64,000 bases of DNA from Pelagibacteraceae bacterium AG-349-L17 (GTDB lineage Bacteria; Pseudomonadota; Alphaproteobacteria; Pelagibacterales; Pelagibacteraceae), in the NCBI GenBank assembly GCA_003278805.1, contig QCDC01000006.1, positions 24,646 to 88,645 of the forward strand. Direction: 5' to 3'. Each line of letters starts with the position of its first letter. Position 1 is the stretch's first letter. The translations under genes were made by a program, and so were the position numbers. The notes beneath the pieces are model-generated. The model ran no database searches and had not been told where the DNA came from. It saw only the letters and a program-made list of their open reading frames with translations. Of the stretch, positions 27,429 through 37,817 are shown piece by piece.

Positions 27429-28019
27429 GTGAAAAATATTAAGCCTTTTGGTCCATCAATTGGAAAGACAAAAATTTCAAAGAAATTTTTAAATATCTTG
27501 AACAAAGAGATTGATAATAAAGTTTTAACAAAAAATAATGATTATAGTGCTAAATTAGCTAGTCAAATTAAAAAAGAAATTAAAATTTCAAATAATTTTA
27601 TAAAAAAGAATTTAGAGAGAGAAATAAAAAAAAATATCAAAGATTTCCTTAAAAATGAAAAAATTAAAAAAGTTAAAAATATAAAAATATTAAATTTATG
27701 GGTAGTTAGTCAATTTAAAGATGAATATAACCCTATTCATTATCATGATGGAGATATATCTGGTGTGGGTTATTTAAAAGTCCCAAAAAATATGACTGTA
27801 AATAAAATTTTAAAAAATAAAAAAGATAAGACTAATGGCACAATTGATTTTATAAACGGACAAAGGGGTTTTTTAAGCAGAAGTATTTTTAATATTGTGC
27901 CTAAAGAAAGAGACTTAATAATTTTTCCAAACTATTTAATGCATACTGCATACCCGTTTAATATCAATGCTGAAAGAAGATCTTTTTCTTTTAATGCTAA
28001 AATTATTCTTAGAAAATAA
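27429..28019 (+). CDS. Putative 2OG-Fe(II) oxygenase (TIGR02466 / 2OG-FeII_Oxy_5-like)
   Basis: NPIHYHDGDISGVGYL and IIFPNYLMHTAYPFN...RRSFSFN fit the HxD/H...H...R-x-S pattern of this marine/cyanophage-associated family. GTG start, with no in-frame ATG for 120 codons. Confidence 0.55.
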   Translation: MKNIKPFGPSIGKTKISKKFLNILNKEIDNKVLTKNNDYSAKLASQIKKEIKISNNFIKKNLEREIKKNIKDFLKNEKIKKVKNIKILNLWVVSQFKDEYNPIHYHDGDISGVGYLKVPKNMTVNKILKNKKDKTNGTIDFINGQRGFLSRSIFNIVPKERDLIIFPNYLMHTAYPFNINAERRSFSFNAKIILRK

Positions 28020-28924
28020 TGATTAATAAAGATTTTTTTAAAAAAATTAGAATATTAGATGGAGGAATGGGTCAAGAATTACTTGCAAGAGGGATGAAGC
28101 CAAATTCAACTTTATGGAGTGCTAATGCAATATTAGATGAAAATTATCATCAACTTGTTTTAAACACACATATTGATTTTATAAAAGCAGGTGCAGAAAT
28201 AATTGTCACAACAACTTTTGCTACACGGCAAAAACGTTTAAAAGAGAATAATCTTTTAGATAAATTTGAATATTTAAATCAAAAAGCAGGTGAAATTGCT
28301 CAAACTGCAAAACGAAAATTTCCCAATACTTATATTGCTGGTGGTATACCTCCACAAAATTTAACCTATGAAGCAGATGATAGAGGTGAGGTCGAAATTA
28401 CAGAAAACTTTAATAGTCAAGCAAAGGCGTTAAATCCATACGTTGATTTTTTTTACTTTGATGTTTGGAGTAGTGTTAAAGAGGTTAAGTGTGGAATTGA
28501 GGCTACAAAAGAATTTAAAAAACCATATTTAGTTGGATTACATGTATCTGAAGGAACAACTTTACCAAGTGGGGAAAAGATCAGAGATGTCAAAAAAATA
28601 ATTGATGAAAACGCTCTTGGAGTGCTGTTGTCTTGTGTTTCCCCCGAAAATTTTGAGAAAAACTTAAAAGAATTAAAAAGTTTAAATATACCATTTGGTT
28701 TCAAATTAAATGGTTTTGTTACCACTAAACTAAGAGAAAGTTACACATCAGTTTTTTTAGGAAAAAAATCTAATCCAAATGAAATTTTGGGAAAAAGACA
28801 AGATTTGACACCAATTAAAATTCAAGAAATTGCTAAAAAATTTAAAGACGCTGGGGCAACTATTCTTGGGGGATGCTGTGAAACAAGTCCTTCACACATA
28901 AAAGCAATCGCAAACCTTAAGTAA
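28019..28924 (+). CDS. Homocysteine S-methyltransferase family protein
   Basis: LDGGMGQELL N-terminus and Zn-binding GGCCETSPSHI C-terminus. TAATG coupling to the upstream oxygenase gene. Confidence 0.8.
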   Translation: MINKDFFKKIRILDGGMGQELLARGMKPNSTLWSANAILDENYHQLVLNTHIDFIKAGAEIIVTTTFATRQKRLKENNLLDKFEYLNQKAGEIAQTAKRKFPNTYIAGGIPPQNLTYEADDRGEVEITENFNSQAKALNPYVDFFYFDVWSSVKEVKCGIEATKEFKKPYLVGLHVSEGTTLPSGEKIRDVKKIIDENALGVLLSCVSPENFEKNLKELKSLNIPFGFKLNGFVTTKLRESYTSVFLGKKSNPNEILGKRQDLTPIKIQEIAKKFKDAGATILGGCCETSPSHIKAIANLK

Positions 28925-29804
28925 CGTTTTTATAATCTGCTTTTCTTGCTAAATATATTCCAATAAATACAGCAATTAATGCAACTATAATTTTTGAGGT
29001 AATTATTTCATTAAGAAATATGTATCCTAAAATAATTCCAAATATTGGAATGATATATGAAACTTGTGAATGAAATATAAGGCCATTTGTTTTTAAAATT
29101 TTGAATCTCAATAACCATGCTATCCCGGTAGGAAAAATTCCTAAATATATTACCGATATAATAGAGTCAGTTGAAGGATTTAACATCCAAGGTTTTTCAA
29201 AAATTAAAGTGAATGGTAGAAGTATAATTGTTGACCAAATTAAAATTGAACCTGTAACATTTTCATTTTCTTTATTACTTATTTTTAAGGTTATTACTCC
29301 TCCAATTACATAGCAAGTTGATCCAAGTAGAATTAAAAGTGCAGCAACAAAGTTATTTTCATTAATTAAAAAGTCATCTGAAAACAAAAATACTATTCCT
29401 GAAAATCCTATTAATAATCCAATAGTTTTTAATAAGTTAAATTTTTCTCCTTTTAAAAAAAAGTGAGCTAGAACTGTTGAGCTTAATGGGGTTGTAGACA
29501 TCAAGATAGCTGCTAAGTTACTTTGAACAAAATTTACTCCATAAGATATTAGTATGAATGGAATAACTAAATTTACCAATCCAATAATTGCAAACCACTT
29601 CCAGTCTTTTGAGAATGCTTCAATTTTTATATTTTTATAAAAACATAAAATTACAACTGGTATAGCTCCCAAAAAAGATCTTAAAAAACCAATTGTAATA
29701 GGTCCAAATGAGTATGTCGCAATCTTTATATTAAAAAAAGCAGACGCCCATATTAATGACAACAATGTCAACAACAAATAATCAACTAATTGTGGTTTTC
29801 TCAT
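28917..29804 (-). CDS. DMT superfamily (EamA-like) transporter
   Basis: Ten hydrophobic segments and duplicated EamA-like halves. ATGA overlap with the upstream ybaK-like gene. Confidence 0.8.
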   Translation of the reverse strand: MRKPQLVDYLLLTLLSLIWASAFFNIKIATYSFGPITIGFLRSFLGAIPVVILCFYKNIKIEAFSKDWKWFAIIGLVNLVIPFILISYGVNFVQSNLAAILMSTTPLSSTVLAHFFLKGEKFNLLKTIGLLIGFSGIVFLFSDDFLINENNFVAALLILLGSTCYVIGGVITLKISNKENENVTGSILIWSTIILLPFTLIFEKPWMLNPSTDSIISVIYLGIFPTGIAWLLRFKILKTNGLIFHSQVSYIIPIFGIILGYIFLNEIITSKIIVALIAVFIGIYLARKADYKNVT

Positions 29805-30283
29805 TCTGTTATTTCGTTTATCTCACCAGAGGTTAAGTCAATTAAATTTTCAAAATTTATTTCGAATACTGCATTAGGATGACCTGCGGCTGCAAAAATA
29901 GAAGAAAATCTATTTAAAGTTTTATCAATAAAAATTTTTATTTTTGTTAAATGTCCTGTTGGAGATACTCCACCAATTGTATATCCAGTAATTTTTTTAA
30001 CATCATCTGGGTTCGCCATTGAAACATCTTTTTCATCTAAAATTTTTTTTAATTTATTTAATGAACACCTTTTATCTCCAGAAACTAAACATAAAACATA
30101 ACTATCCCCTGCTTTAAAAAGTAAGCTTTTGACAATGGCTCCTACTTTGCAACCTAAAGCTGTAGCTGCATCGTTAGCTGTTCTGGCAGTTTTCTTCAAA
30201 ACAATCACTTTAAGATCTGGGTTAAATTGTTTTAGCGATTTTTCTGCTCTTAAAACTGGCTCTTTATTTAGTATTGAATTCAC
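29801..30283 (-). CDS. YbaK/prolyl-tRNA-synthetase-associated editing domain protein (aminoacyl-tRNA deacylase)
   Basis: VKSLLFK...LVSGDKR...GGVSPTGH are motifs characteristic of YbaK/ProX. GTG start. Confidence 0.75.
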   Translation of the reverse strand: MNSILNKEPVLRAEKSLKQFNPDLKVIVLKKTARTANDAATALGCKVGAIVKSLLFKAGDSYVLCLVSGDKRCSLNKLKKILDEKDVSMANPDDVKKITGYTIGGVSPTGHLTKIKIFIDKTLNRFSSIFAAAGHPNAVFEINFENLIDLTSGEINEITE

Positions 30284-30420
30284 AAGTTTAATTAATTTAT
30301 TATTTAAGTGACTAATTACACTACTTATGTGAAAATTGCATAGGTGTTATTTATTAAATAAGCAATATTTTTAAGTATTTTTTTGCTAATTAGGCCAAAC
30401 AAAATTACATAGGAGACAAA

Positions 30421-31827
30421 ATGAGTGTAGCAAACGTATTAAAATTTATCAAAGATAAAGAAGCAGAATTTGTGGATCTAAGATTCACTGATCCAAGAGG
30501 TAAACTTCAACACTTAACAATGGATGCTTCAATAGTTGATGAAGGTATGTTGAATGAAGGTGTCTTTTTTGACGGTTCGTCTATTGCTGGTTGGAAAGCA
30601 ATTAATGAGTCTGACATGATTTTAAAACCTGATACTGCAAGAATGTTCATGGATCCTTTTACGTCTCATAATACTGTGGTTTTATTTTGTGACATTCTAG
30701 ATGCGATTAAAAAAGATCCTTATGAAAGAGATCCAAGAGGTGTTGCTAAAAAAGCTGAAGAATATTTAAAAGCTTCGGGTATAGGTGATAAAGCTTTTTT
30801 TGGACCTGAGCCAGAATTTTTTGTTTTTGATGATGTAAGAATCAAAAATGATATGAATGAGTGTGGATTTAAATTAGATAGTAAAGAAGGTCCTTACAAT
30901 TCAGGTAAAGAATATGAAAATGGAAATATGGGTCATAGACCTCAAATTAAAGGAGGATATTTCCCAGTACCACCAGTTGATAGTGAACAAGACATGCGTG
31001 GTGAGTATCTTAAAAATTTGAAAGAAATTGGTATTAAAGTTGAAAAACATCACCATGAAGTTGCTCCTAGTCAACACGAGCTTGGAATGTATTTTGGAAC
31101 TTTAGTAAACCAAGCTGATAACGTACAATTATATAAATATGTTGTTCAAATGGTTACACATTCATTTGGAAAAACTGCAACATTTATGCCAAAGCCGGTT
31201 GCTGGTGACAATGGTTCAGGTATGCACATCCATCAATCCATTTGGAAAGGTGATACTCCAGTGTTTTCAGGTGAAGCTTATTCTGGATTAAGTGAAACTG
31301 CATTACATTATATTGGAGGAATTCTAAAACACGCCAAAGCAATTAATGCTTTTGCTAACTCTACAACAAATAGTTACAAAAGATTAATTCCAGGTTTTGA
31401 AGCTCCAGTTCTTCTTGCTTATTCAGCAAGAAATAGATCCGCTTCTTGCAGAATACCAATCACATTAAGCAAAAAAGGTGCAAGATGTGAAATTAGATTT
31501 CCAGATGCTGCAGGAAACCCGTATTTAACTTTTGCAGCTATGTTAATGGCTGGAATTGATGGAATTAAAAATAAAATTCATCCAGGTGAGTCTTTTGATA
31601 AAGATTTATATGAATTACCACCTGAAGAAGTTAAAGCTATCCCAACAGTTTGTGGTTCTTTAAGAGAAGCAATGGAAAGTTTAGATAAAGACAGAGAGTT
31701 TTTAACTCAAGGCGGTGTCTTTACTGACGATCAGATTGATGCTTACATTGCTCTTAAGTTTGAAGAAATTCACAAATTTGAACATGCACCTCATCCTGTA
31801 GAGTTTGAGATGTATTACAGTAGCTAA
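30421..31827 (+). CDS. glnA: Glutamine synthetase type I
   Basis: FTDPRGKLQH, HHHEVAPSQHE, GDNGSGMHIHQS, NSYKRL and the adenylylation-region NLYELPPEE-like sequence DKDLYELPPEE. 468 aa. Confidence 0.95.
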   Translation: MSVANVLKFIKDKEAEFVDLRFTDPRGKLQHLTMDASIVDEGMLNEGVFFDGSSIAGWKAINESDMILKPDTARMFMDPFTSHNTVVLFCDILDAIKKDPYERDPRGVAKKAEEYLKASGIGDKAFFGPEPEFFVFDDVRIKNDMNECGFKLDSKEGPYNSGKEYENGNMGHRPQIKGGYFPVPPVDSEQDMRGEYLKNLKEIGIKVEKHHHEVAPSQHELGMYFGTLVNQADNVQLYKYVVQMVTHSFGKTATFMPKPVAGDNGSGMHIHQSIWKGDTPVFSGEAYSGLSETALHYIGGILKHAKAINAFANSTTNSYKRLIPGFEAPVLLAYSARNRSASCRIPITLSKKGARCEIRFPDAAGNPYLTFAAMLMAGIDGIKNKIHPGESFDKDLYELPPEEVKAIPTVCGSLREAMESLDKDREFLTQGGVFTDDQIDAYIALKFEEIHKFEHAPHPVEFEMYYSS

Positions 31828-31836
31828 TAAACTTAA

Positions 31837-32007
31837 TTACTGTCTAGTTGTTGCAATTGTATCTTTGTTAACACCTTTCTTGACTACGTAATCTTGTGTT
31901 CCGTTAGCGCCGGTTTCCACTTCTTTACGTAGTTCTTTAAAGAATGCTTTTTCCTTTAAAGAGTCTTTTAAGTTTTTAACAAGATTTTTAAACTCAAATT
32001 TGTTCAT
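31837..32007 (-). CDS. Unannotated small ORF (56 aa), hypothetical
   Basis: Below the ORF-track cutoff. My translation is MNKFEFKNLVKNLKDSLKEKAFFKELRKEVETGANGTQDYVVKKGVNKDTIATTRQ. It has the same orientation as the suf operon, lies 66 nt after sufA, and fills most of the only >200-nt unassigned gap. Confidence 0.3.
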   Translation of the reverse strand: MNKFEFKNLVKNLKDSLKEKAFFKELRKEVETGANGTQDYVVKKGVNKDTIATTRQ

Positions 32008-32073
32008 AAAGAATCTATATACTAGATATGCATATAATGCAATACAGATATGCGATAAATGGGATAATACAAC

Positions 32074-32409
32074 TTACGATATTTTAAAAGACTCTCCGCA
32101 ACCACAACGCTCAGTTTCATTAGGATTATTGAACACAAATGATGAGGACAATTCCTCCTTTTTATAATCCATTTCAGTGCCAAGCAGATACATAATAGCG
32201 GCTGAATCAACGAATACTTTCACGCCTTTATCTTCTATAACTTCATCGCTGGGGTTTAACTCTTTTGTATATTCCATTACATAAGACATCCCCGCGCAAC
32301 CACCTGATTTCACTGATACTCTAACACCGATAGAATCTTTTTCAGCGTTAGACATTATCTCTTTTATTCGTAATGCTGCGTTATCACTTAATTTAATTAT
32401 AGGGTTCAT
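32074..32409 (-). CDS. sufA: Fe-S cluster insertion protein (SufA/IscA/ErpA, HesB family)
   Basis: GGCAGMSY and C-terminal CGCGESF motifs. Confidence 0.85.
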   Translation of the reverse strand: MNPIIKLSDNAALRIKEIMSNAEKDSIGVRVSVKSGGCAGMSYVMEYTKELNPSDEVIEDKGVKVFVDSAAIMYLLGTEMDYKKEELSSSFVFNNPNETERCGCGESFKIS

Positions 32410-32708
32410 TATAAATTCAATTCCAATTTTGCTGCTTCTGACATCATATCTTTATTCCACGGTGGATCCCAAACTAACTCAAGATCAACATCCTCTATAC
32501 CTTCAACTTGCATTGCACCATCTTTTACTTCTTTAGGTAAACTTTCAGCTACTGGGCAATTTGGTGTAGTCAAAGTCATTTTAATTTTAGCAAACTTATC
32601 GTCCTCAACCTTAATATCATAAATCAAACCCAATTCGTAGATATTTACAGGTAACTCAGGGTCATAAATTTTTCTTATTTCTTCAATTATTTGTTCTTTT
32701 TTTGACAT
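32409..32708 (-). CDS. sufT: SUF-associated DUF59 protein (SufT/PaaD-like)
   Basis: IYDPELPVNIYELGLIY and TLTTPNCP motifs. Confidence 0.75.
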   Translation of the reverse strand: MSKKEQIIEEIRKIYDPELPVNIYELGLIYDIKVEDDKFAKIKMTLTTPNCPVAESLPKEVKDGAMQVEGIEDVDLELVWDPPWNKDMMSEAAKLELNL

Positions 32709-32711
32709 AAT

Positions 32712-33176
32712 TTAATTTTCCGTTTTTACTTCCTCTGTTTTTTCATCAAAAGCAGAAACCATTGTATGCCAAGATAAAGTTGCACACTTAACTCTCATTG
32801 GATATTGCTTAACACCAGATAAACACATTAGTTTAGTTTTTTCATCTTCGCTCAAATACTTAGATTTTAATTCAGGATTTTCCTTAATCATACCTAAAAA
32901 ATCCTCAACTATCTCTTTAGCCTCATGCTCATTTTTTCCTTTAATTAAATCTGTCATTATAGAAGCTGAGGCCATTGATATCGCACAACCACTACCTTCG
33001 AAGGATGCATCTTCTACAATTTTTTGTCCATTTAGTTTTAAATAAACATGAACATTATCACCACAAAGTGGATTATTACCTTTAGCGTCTTTATTAAAAC
33101 CTTCTGTCTTTCTAAGATTTCTAGGATTCTTACCGTGTTCTAATATAATTTCTTGATAAAGTTCTTTTAAATTCAT
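32712..33176 (-). CDS. sufU: SUF system NifU-family scaffold/sulfur-transfer protein SufU
   Basis: LYQEIILEHGKNPRN, NPLCGD, GSGCAIS and VKCATLSW motifs. Confidence 0.8.
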   Translation of the reverse strand: MNLKELYQEIILEHGKNPRNLRKTEGFNKDAKGNNPLCGDNVHVYLKLNGQKIVEDASFEGSGCAISMASASIMTDLIKGKNEHEAKEIVEDFLGMIKENPELKSKYLSEDEKTKLMCLSGVKQYPMRVKCATLSWHTMVSAFDEKTEEVKTEN

Positions 33177-34393
33177 TATAAATTAAATATTTTTTTACAG
33201 TTGTTAATTGACTCATTCAACTGATCTAAATCCTCTTTTGTATTATAAATACCAACCGATGCTCTAGCACTAGCTGGAATATTTAATTTGTCATGTAGAA
33301 TTTGACAACAATGATGTCCTGCTCTTATTGCAACCCCGTCTTCATCCAAGATAGTTGCTATATCATGAGGGTGAACTCCTTCTATAGTGAAGGATAAAAC
33401 CCCTCCTTTATTTTTTGGATTTCCGATAAGTTTAACTGAGTTATTTTTTTGTAATAGTTCTTGCCCGTATTCAACTAAATCAGCTTCATGTTTCATGACA
33501 TTTTCGATACCAATGCTTTCTAGAAATTTTATTGATTGGTCAAAAGCAATTACTTGTGCTGTAGCCATAGTACCAGCCTCGTATTTATTAGGTAGTTCAC
33601 CATAGGAAATCCTATCTTTTTTAACTTCATTTATCATTCCTCCACCACCTTGGTATGGAGGTAATTCTTCTAACCATTTTTTTTTGCCATATAGAACTCC
33701 CAAACCTGTAGGTCCATACATTTTGTGACATGAAATTGCATAGAAATCACAATCTAAATCTTGCATATCTAGTTTTAAATGTGGTGCTCCCTGACATCCA
33801 TCGACCACAACAATTATTCCTTTTGAATGTGCAAGCTGCGTAATTTCTTTTACGGGTAAAATTGCACCTGTTACATTCGACAGATGAGTAATAGAAATTA
33901 ATTTTGTTTTTGGGGTTATTTTCTTTTCTATTTCCTCAAGTGTAATTTCACCTTCTTCATTTATTTCAGCAAAATTAATTTTTATATTTTTTGATTTTCT
34001 TAAGAAATGCCATGGCACATAATTTGAATGATGCTCAAGTTCTGTAATTAATACTTCATCACCCTCCTGTAAGTAACTTTGACCCAATGTATTAGCAACT
34101 AAATTTAATGCTTCAGTAGCACCTTTTGTAAAGACAATTTCATTTTTATCTTTAGCGTTAATATATTTTTGAACAGATGTTCTTGTATTTTCATACAAAT
34201 TAGTAGCAGCAACTGCAAGATAATGGACACTTCTTCCAACGTTAGAAAATTGTTTGGTATAAAATTCATTAATCCTATCCACAACTATTTTTGGTTTTTG
34301 TGAAGAATTTGCGCTATCTAAATAAACTAAATCATTATTTTGAATTTTTTCATCAAAAATTGGAAATTCTTTTTTTATCTGATCAATATTCAT
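33176..34393 (-). CDS. sufS: Cysteine desulfurase SufS
   Basis: PLP site ISCHKMYGPTG, THLSNVTG and active-site RAGHHC. Confidence 0.9.
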   Translation of the reverse strand: MNIDQIKKEFPIFDEKIQNNDLVYLDSANSSQKPKIVVDRINEFYTKQFSNVGRSVHYLAVAATNLYENTRTSVQKYINAKDKNEIVFTKGATEALNLVANTLGQSYLQEGDEVLITELEHHSNYVPWHFLRKSKNIKINFAEINEEGEITLEEIEKKITPKTKLISITHLSNVTGAILPVKEITQLAHSKGIIVVVDGCQGAPHLKLDMQDLDCDFYAISCHKMYGPTGLGVLYGKKKWLEELPPYQGGGGMINEVKKDRISYGELPNKYEAGTMATAQVIAFDQSIKFLESIGIENVMKHEADLVEYGQELLQKNNSVKLIGNPKNKGGVLSFTIEGVHPHDIATILDEDGVAIRAGHHCCQILHDKLNIPASARASVGIYNTKEDLDQLNESINNCKKIFNL

Positions 34394-35637
34394 TCTTTAA
34401 TTCCAAGCATATTTTTTATTAAGTTTTTTATTTCTGAATCGGTAATTTTTTCCACAACATCAAGCAGAAAACCATTAATCAATAGCTCCCTTGACTGCTG
34501 ATAACTTAGACCTCTAGACATTAAATAAAATATAGAGTCTTCATTTAAACTACCTGATGCCGAACCATGTGAACACTTAACGTCATCAGCATAAATTTCT
34601 AGTTCTGGCTTGGCATTAAACTCCGATTCTTTATTTAACAATATTGCTTTGCTCAATTGATATCCATCAGTTTTCTGAGCATCTGAATTTACAAATATTT
34701 TGCCTTGATACACTGCTTTAGAGCTTTGTTCTAAAACACTTTTAATTAATTGATAACTTTTTGTATTTTCAGTTAAGTGATTTATTATTGATCTAATTTC
34801 GTGATGTTTATCATTATTCAATGAAAAAACACCATTAACAAAAGCTGATGCATAAACTCCGTTTAAATTACAGTTTATCTCATTTTTAGAAAAATTTGAT
34901 CCAGAAGATAAAATAAATGTTTCAGAAATACTGTTCTTGTCTTGATCAATATTATTAAAAGAATACTTAATATTTTTATTCTCAAATTTATCTACTTTAT
35001 AGTTTTTTAAAACAGCATTTTCCTTTAATTTTAAGTTATAAAATATATTTAAAAAATTCTTTTCAGATGCATCATTAAACAAATCAATTAATCTTAACGA
35101 GCTATCCTTGTCTAGTTCAAAATTAAGTCGTAAATTAATGTTTTTAGACCAAATTTTTGAATTTGTTGTATGATAGATAATAAGAGGTTTTGCTAACTGA
35201 TAACCTTTTTTTACCAATATTTTAAAACATTTATTAGTAAAGGCATTATTTAAGTCAGATAATGAGTTGCTATTTTGAAATTCATTTATAGTTTCTGATT
35301 GATCAATTATTTCTATTTGATCTTTTTTTTCATATTCAAAATCAATTTTTTCAATTCTACCATTTATAAAAACTATTTTATTATGCTCTAATCCATCTAC
35401 AAATACAGAGGTATCAACTTTATTAGTAGAAGCTTGATCGTTATAAAAACTAAGTTCTCCAATATTATTTTTTATTATTTGATTAAGATCTGAAAATTTC
35501 CAATCTTCTTCTTTTTTATTTGGAAAACCTTTGTCTATAAAATTATCTAAACAAAATTTTTTTATCTCAATATCTTTTTGAGATAAACTTAAATTTTTTA
35601 TACTATTATCAAAATCTTTTTGTAATTGTTCTTTCAT
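34390..35637 (-). CDS. sufD: Fe-S cluster assembly protein SufD
   Basis: C-terminal [33 protein letters not shown] motif. Lies between sufC and sufS. Confidence 0.8.
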   Translation of the reverse strand: [415 protein letters not shown]

Positions 35638-36372
35638 TTAATTAAAATTTTCGTATCCTTTTTTTTCTAATTCTAAAGCTAAATCTGGACCACCAGATTT
35701 TACAATTTTTCCATTCATCAAAACATGAACAAAGTCAGGTTTTATATAATCAAGTAATCTTTGGTAGTGTGTAATAATTAAAAATGAATTATTTTTATCT
35801 CTTAATGTGTTAACTCCATCTGCAACAATCTTTAAAGCATCAATATCTAAACCAGAATCTGTTTCATCTAAAATTGAAAGTTTTGGAGCTAGCAATGACA
35901 TCTGTAAAATTTCATTTTTCTTTTTTTCACCTCCAGAAAAACCAACATTTAATTGTCTGTTTAATTTTTCCTCATCAAATTTTAATTCTTTAGACTTTTC
36001 TTTTACCAACTTAAGAAATTCAATAGCATCAAGCTCTTTCTCACCCCTAGCTTTTCTAACAGCATTTAAAGAAGTTTTTAAAAATATATTTGTATTTACA
36101 CCTGGAATTTCTAAAGGATATTGGAAAGCTAAAAATATACCCTTGTGTGCTCTTTCCTCTGTTTCAAGTTCAAACAAATCTTTTTCTTCAAAAAGAACTT
36201 CCCCTGAAACTTCATAACCTTTTTTTCCGGATAGAATATTTGATAATGTACTTTTTCCAGATCCATTAGGGCCCATAATTGCATGAACCTCACCGGGATT
36301 TATATCTAAGGATAGTCCGTTTAAAATAGACTTATTATCGATGGTTGCATTTAAATTATTTATTTTAAGCAT
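35638..36372 (-). CDS. sufC: Fe-S cluster assembly ATPase SufC
   Basis: GPNGSGKST, FSGGEKKKNEILQ and ILDETDSGLD. I prefer the ATG at 36372 (MLKINNL), which sits 1 nt after the sufB stop. Confidence 0.9.
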   Translation of the reverse strand: MLKINNLNATIDNKSILNGLSLDINPGEVHAIMGPNGSGKSTLSNILSGKKGYEVSGEVLFEEKDLFELETEERAHKGIFLAFQYPLEIPGVNTNIFLKTSLNAVRKARGEKELDAIEFLKLVKEKSKELKFDEEKLNRQLNVGFSGGEKKKNEILQMSLLAPKLSILDETDSGLDIDALKIVADGVNTLRDKNNSFLIITHYQRLLDYIKPDFVHVLMNGKIVKSGGPDLALELEKKGYENFN

Positions 36373-36373
36373 A

Positions 36374-37816
36374 TTAACCAACACTTCCTTCCAGACTGAT
36401 ACCTACTAGTTTTTGCGCTTCTACAGCAAATTCCATAGGTAATTGTTGCAATACTTCTTTACAAAAACCGTTAACAATTAAGCCAACAGCTTCCTCTGGA
36501 TTTAATCCTCTTTGTTGACAATAATGTAGCTGCTCTTCACTAATCTTGGATGTAGTTGCTTCATGTGCAATATTTGACTCAGAGTTTTTATTTTTTATAT
36601 ATGGAACAGTGTGAGCTCCACATTTGTTACCCATTAATAAAGAGTCGCACTGAGTATAATTAGTTGAATTTTTAGCTTTTGATGAAATATCAACTAAACC
36701 TCTATATGTCATATCCGAACTACCTGCTGATATTCCTTTAGAAATTATTTTACTTTTAGTATTTTTACCTAGATGGATCATTTTGGTACCTGTATCTGCT
36801 TTTTGATGATTGTTAGTAATAGCTATTGAATAGAACTCACCAACAGAGTTATCTCCTTTGAGAATACAACTAGGATATTTCCAGGTAATTGCAGAACCTG
36901 TTTCAACTTGTGTCCATGAAATTTTTGAATTTTTTCCCTTGCATAAACCTCTTTTTGTTACAAAATTATAAATTCCACCTTTGCCATCTTGATCACCTGG
37001 ATACCAATTTTGAACAGTTGAATATTTTATTTCTGCATCATCAAGTGCAATTAATTCTACATTAGCAGCATGTAATTGATTTTCATCTCTCATTGGAGCT
37101 GTACATCCCTCTAAGTAACTTACATAACTTCCTTTATCTGCAATAATTAAAGTTCTTTCAAATTGACCTGTATTAGATGCATTAATTCTAAAATAAGTTG
37201 ATAGTTCCATTGGACATCTAACACCCTCTGGAATGTACACAAAAGAACCATCTGTAAAAACTGCTGAATTTAATGTTGCAAAAAAATGATCACTAGTTGG
37301 TATTACAGAGCCTAAATATTTTTTGACTAATTCGGGGTGACTTTGAATTGCCTCTGATATAGGACAAAATATAATTCCTTGTTTTGTTAATTCATCTTTA
37401 AAAGTAGTAGCTACAGAAACTGAGTCAAATACAGCATCAACAGCTATTCCATTTAATCTCGCCTGCTCTTGCAAAGGAATTCCAAGTTTTTTATAAGTTT
37501 CTAAAAGTTTAGGATCTAGTTCATCTAAGCTCTTTGGCTTGTCTTTCATACTTTTAGGAGCTGAGTAATAATATAAATCTTGATAATCTATTTTTGGAAA
37601 TTTAGGTTTTTGCCAATTAGGTTCTTTTAATACCTTAAATCTTTCAAAAGCTTTTAGTCTGAATTCAAGCATCCATTCAGGTTCTTTTTTTATATTTGAA
37701 ATAAATTTAATAACATCTTCATTCAAACCTTTTGGGGCTTGAATATTTTCTATATCAGTAGAAAAACCATACTTGTAGTCTTTTAAATTATTTATTTCTT
37801 TTTGTCTGTTATCCAT
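36374..37816 (-). CDS. sufB: Fe-S cluster assembly scaffold SufB
   Basis: 480 aa with highly conserved blocks [19 protein letters not shown] and [15 protein letters not shown]. Confidence 0.95.
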   Translation of the reverse strand: MDNRQKEINNLKDYKYGFSTDIENIQAPKGLNEDVIKFISNIKKEPEWMLEFRLKAFERFKVLKEPNWQKPKFPKIDYQDLYYYSAPKSMKDKPKSLDELDPKLLETYKKLGIPLQEQARLNGIAVDAVFDSVSVATTFKDELTKQGIIFCPISEAIQSHPELVKKYLGSVIPTSDHFFATLNSAVFTDGSFVYIPEGVRCPMELSTYFRINASNTGQFERTLIIADKGSYVSYLEGCTAPMRDENQLHAANVELIALDDAEIKYSTVQNWYPGDQDGKGGIYNFVTKRGLCKGKNSKISWTQVETGSAITWKYPSCILKGDNSVGEFYSIAITNNHQKADTGTKMIHLGKNTKSKIISKGISAGSSDMTYRGLVDISSKAKNSTNYTQCDSLLMGNKCGAHTVPYIKNKNSESNIAHEATTSKISEEQLHYCQQRGLNPEEAVGLIVNGFCKEVLQQLPMEFAVEAQKLVGISLEGSVG

Positions 37817-37817
37817 T

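Noticed and set aside
30284-30420. glnA leader examined for a glutamine riboswitch (glnA RNA motif) or a sigma54 -24/-12 promoter.
   Set aside because: No G-rich conserved core of the glnA motif is present. A TTGCA element exists (aaaattgcatagg), but the bases 12 nt upstream are TA rather than GG, so it does not fit TGGCAC-N5-TTGCA.
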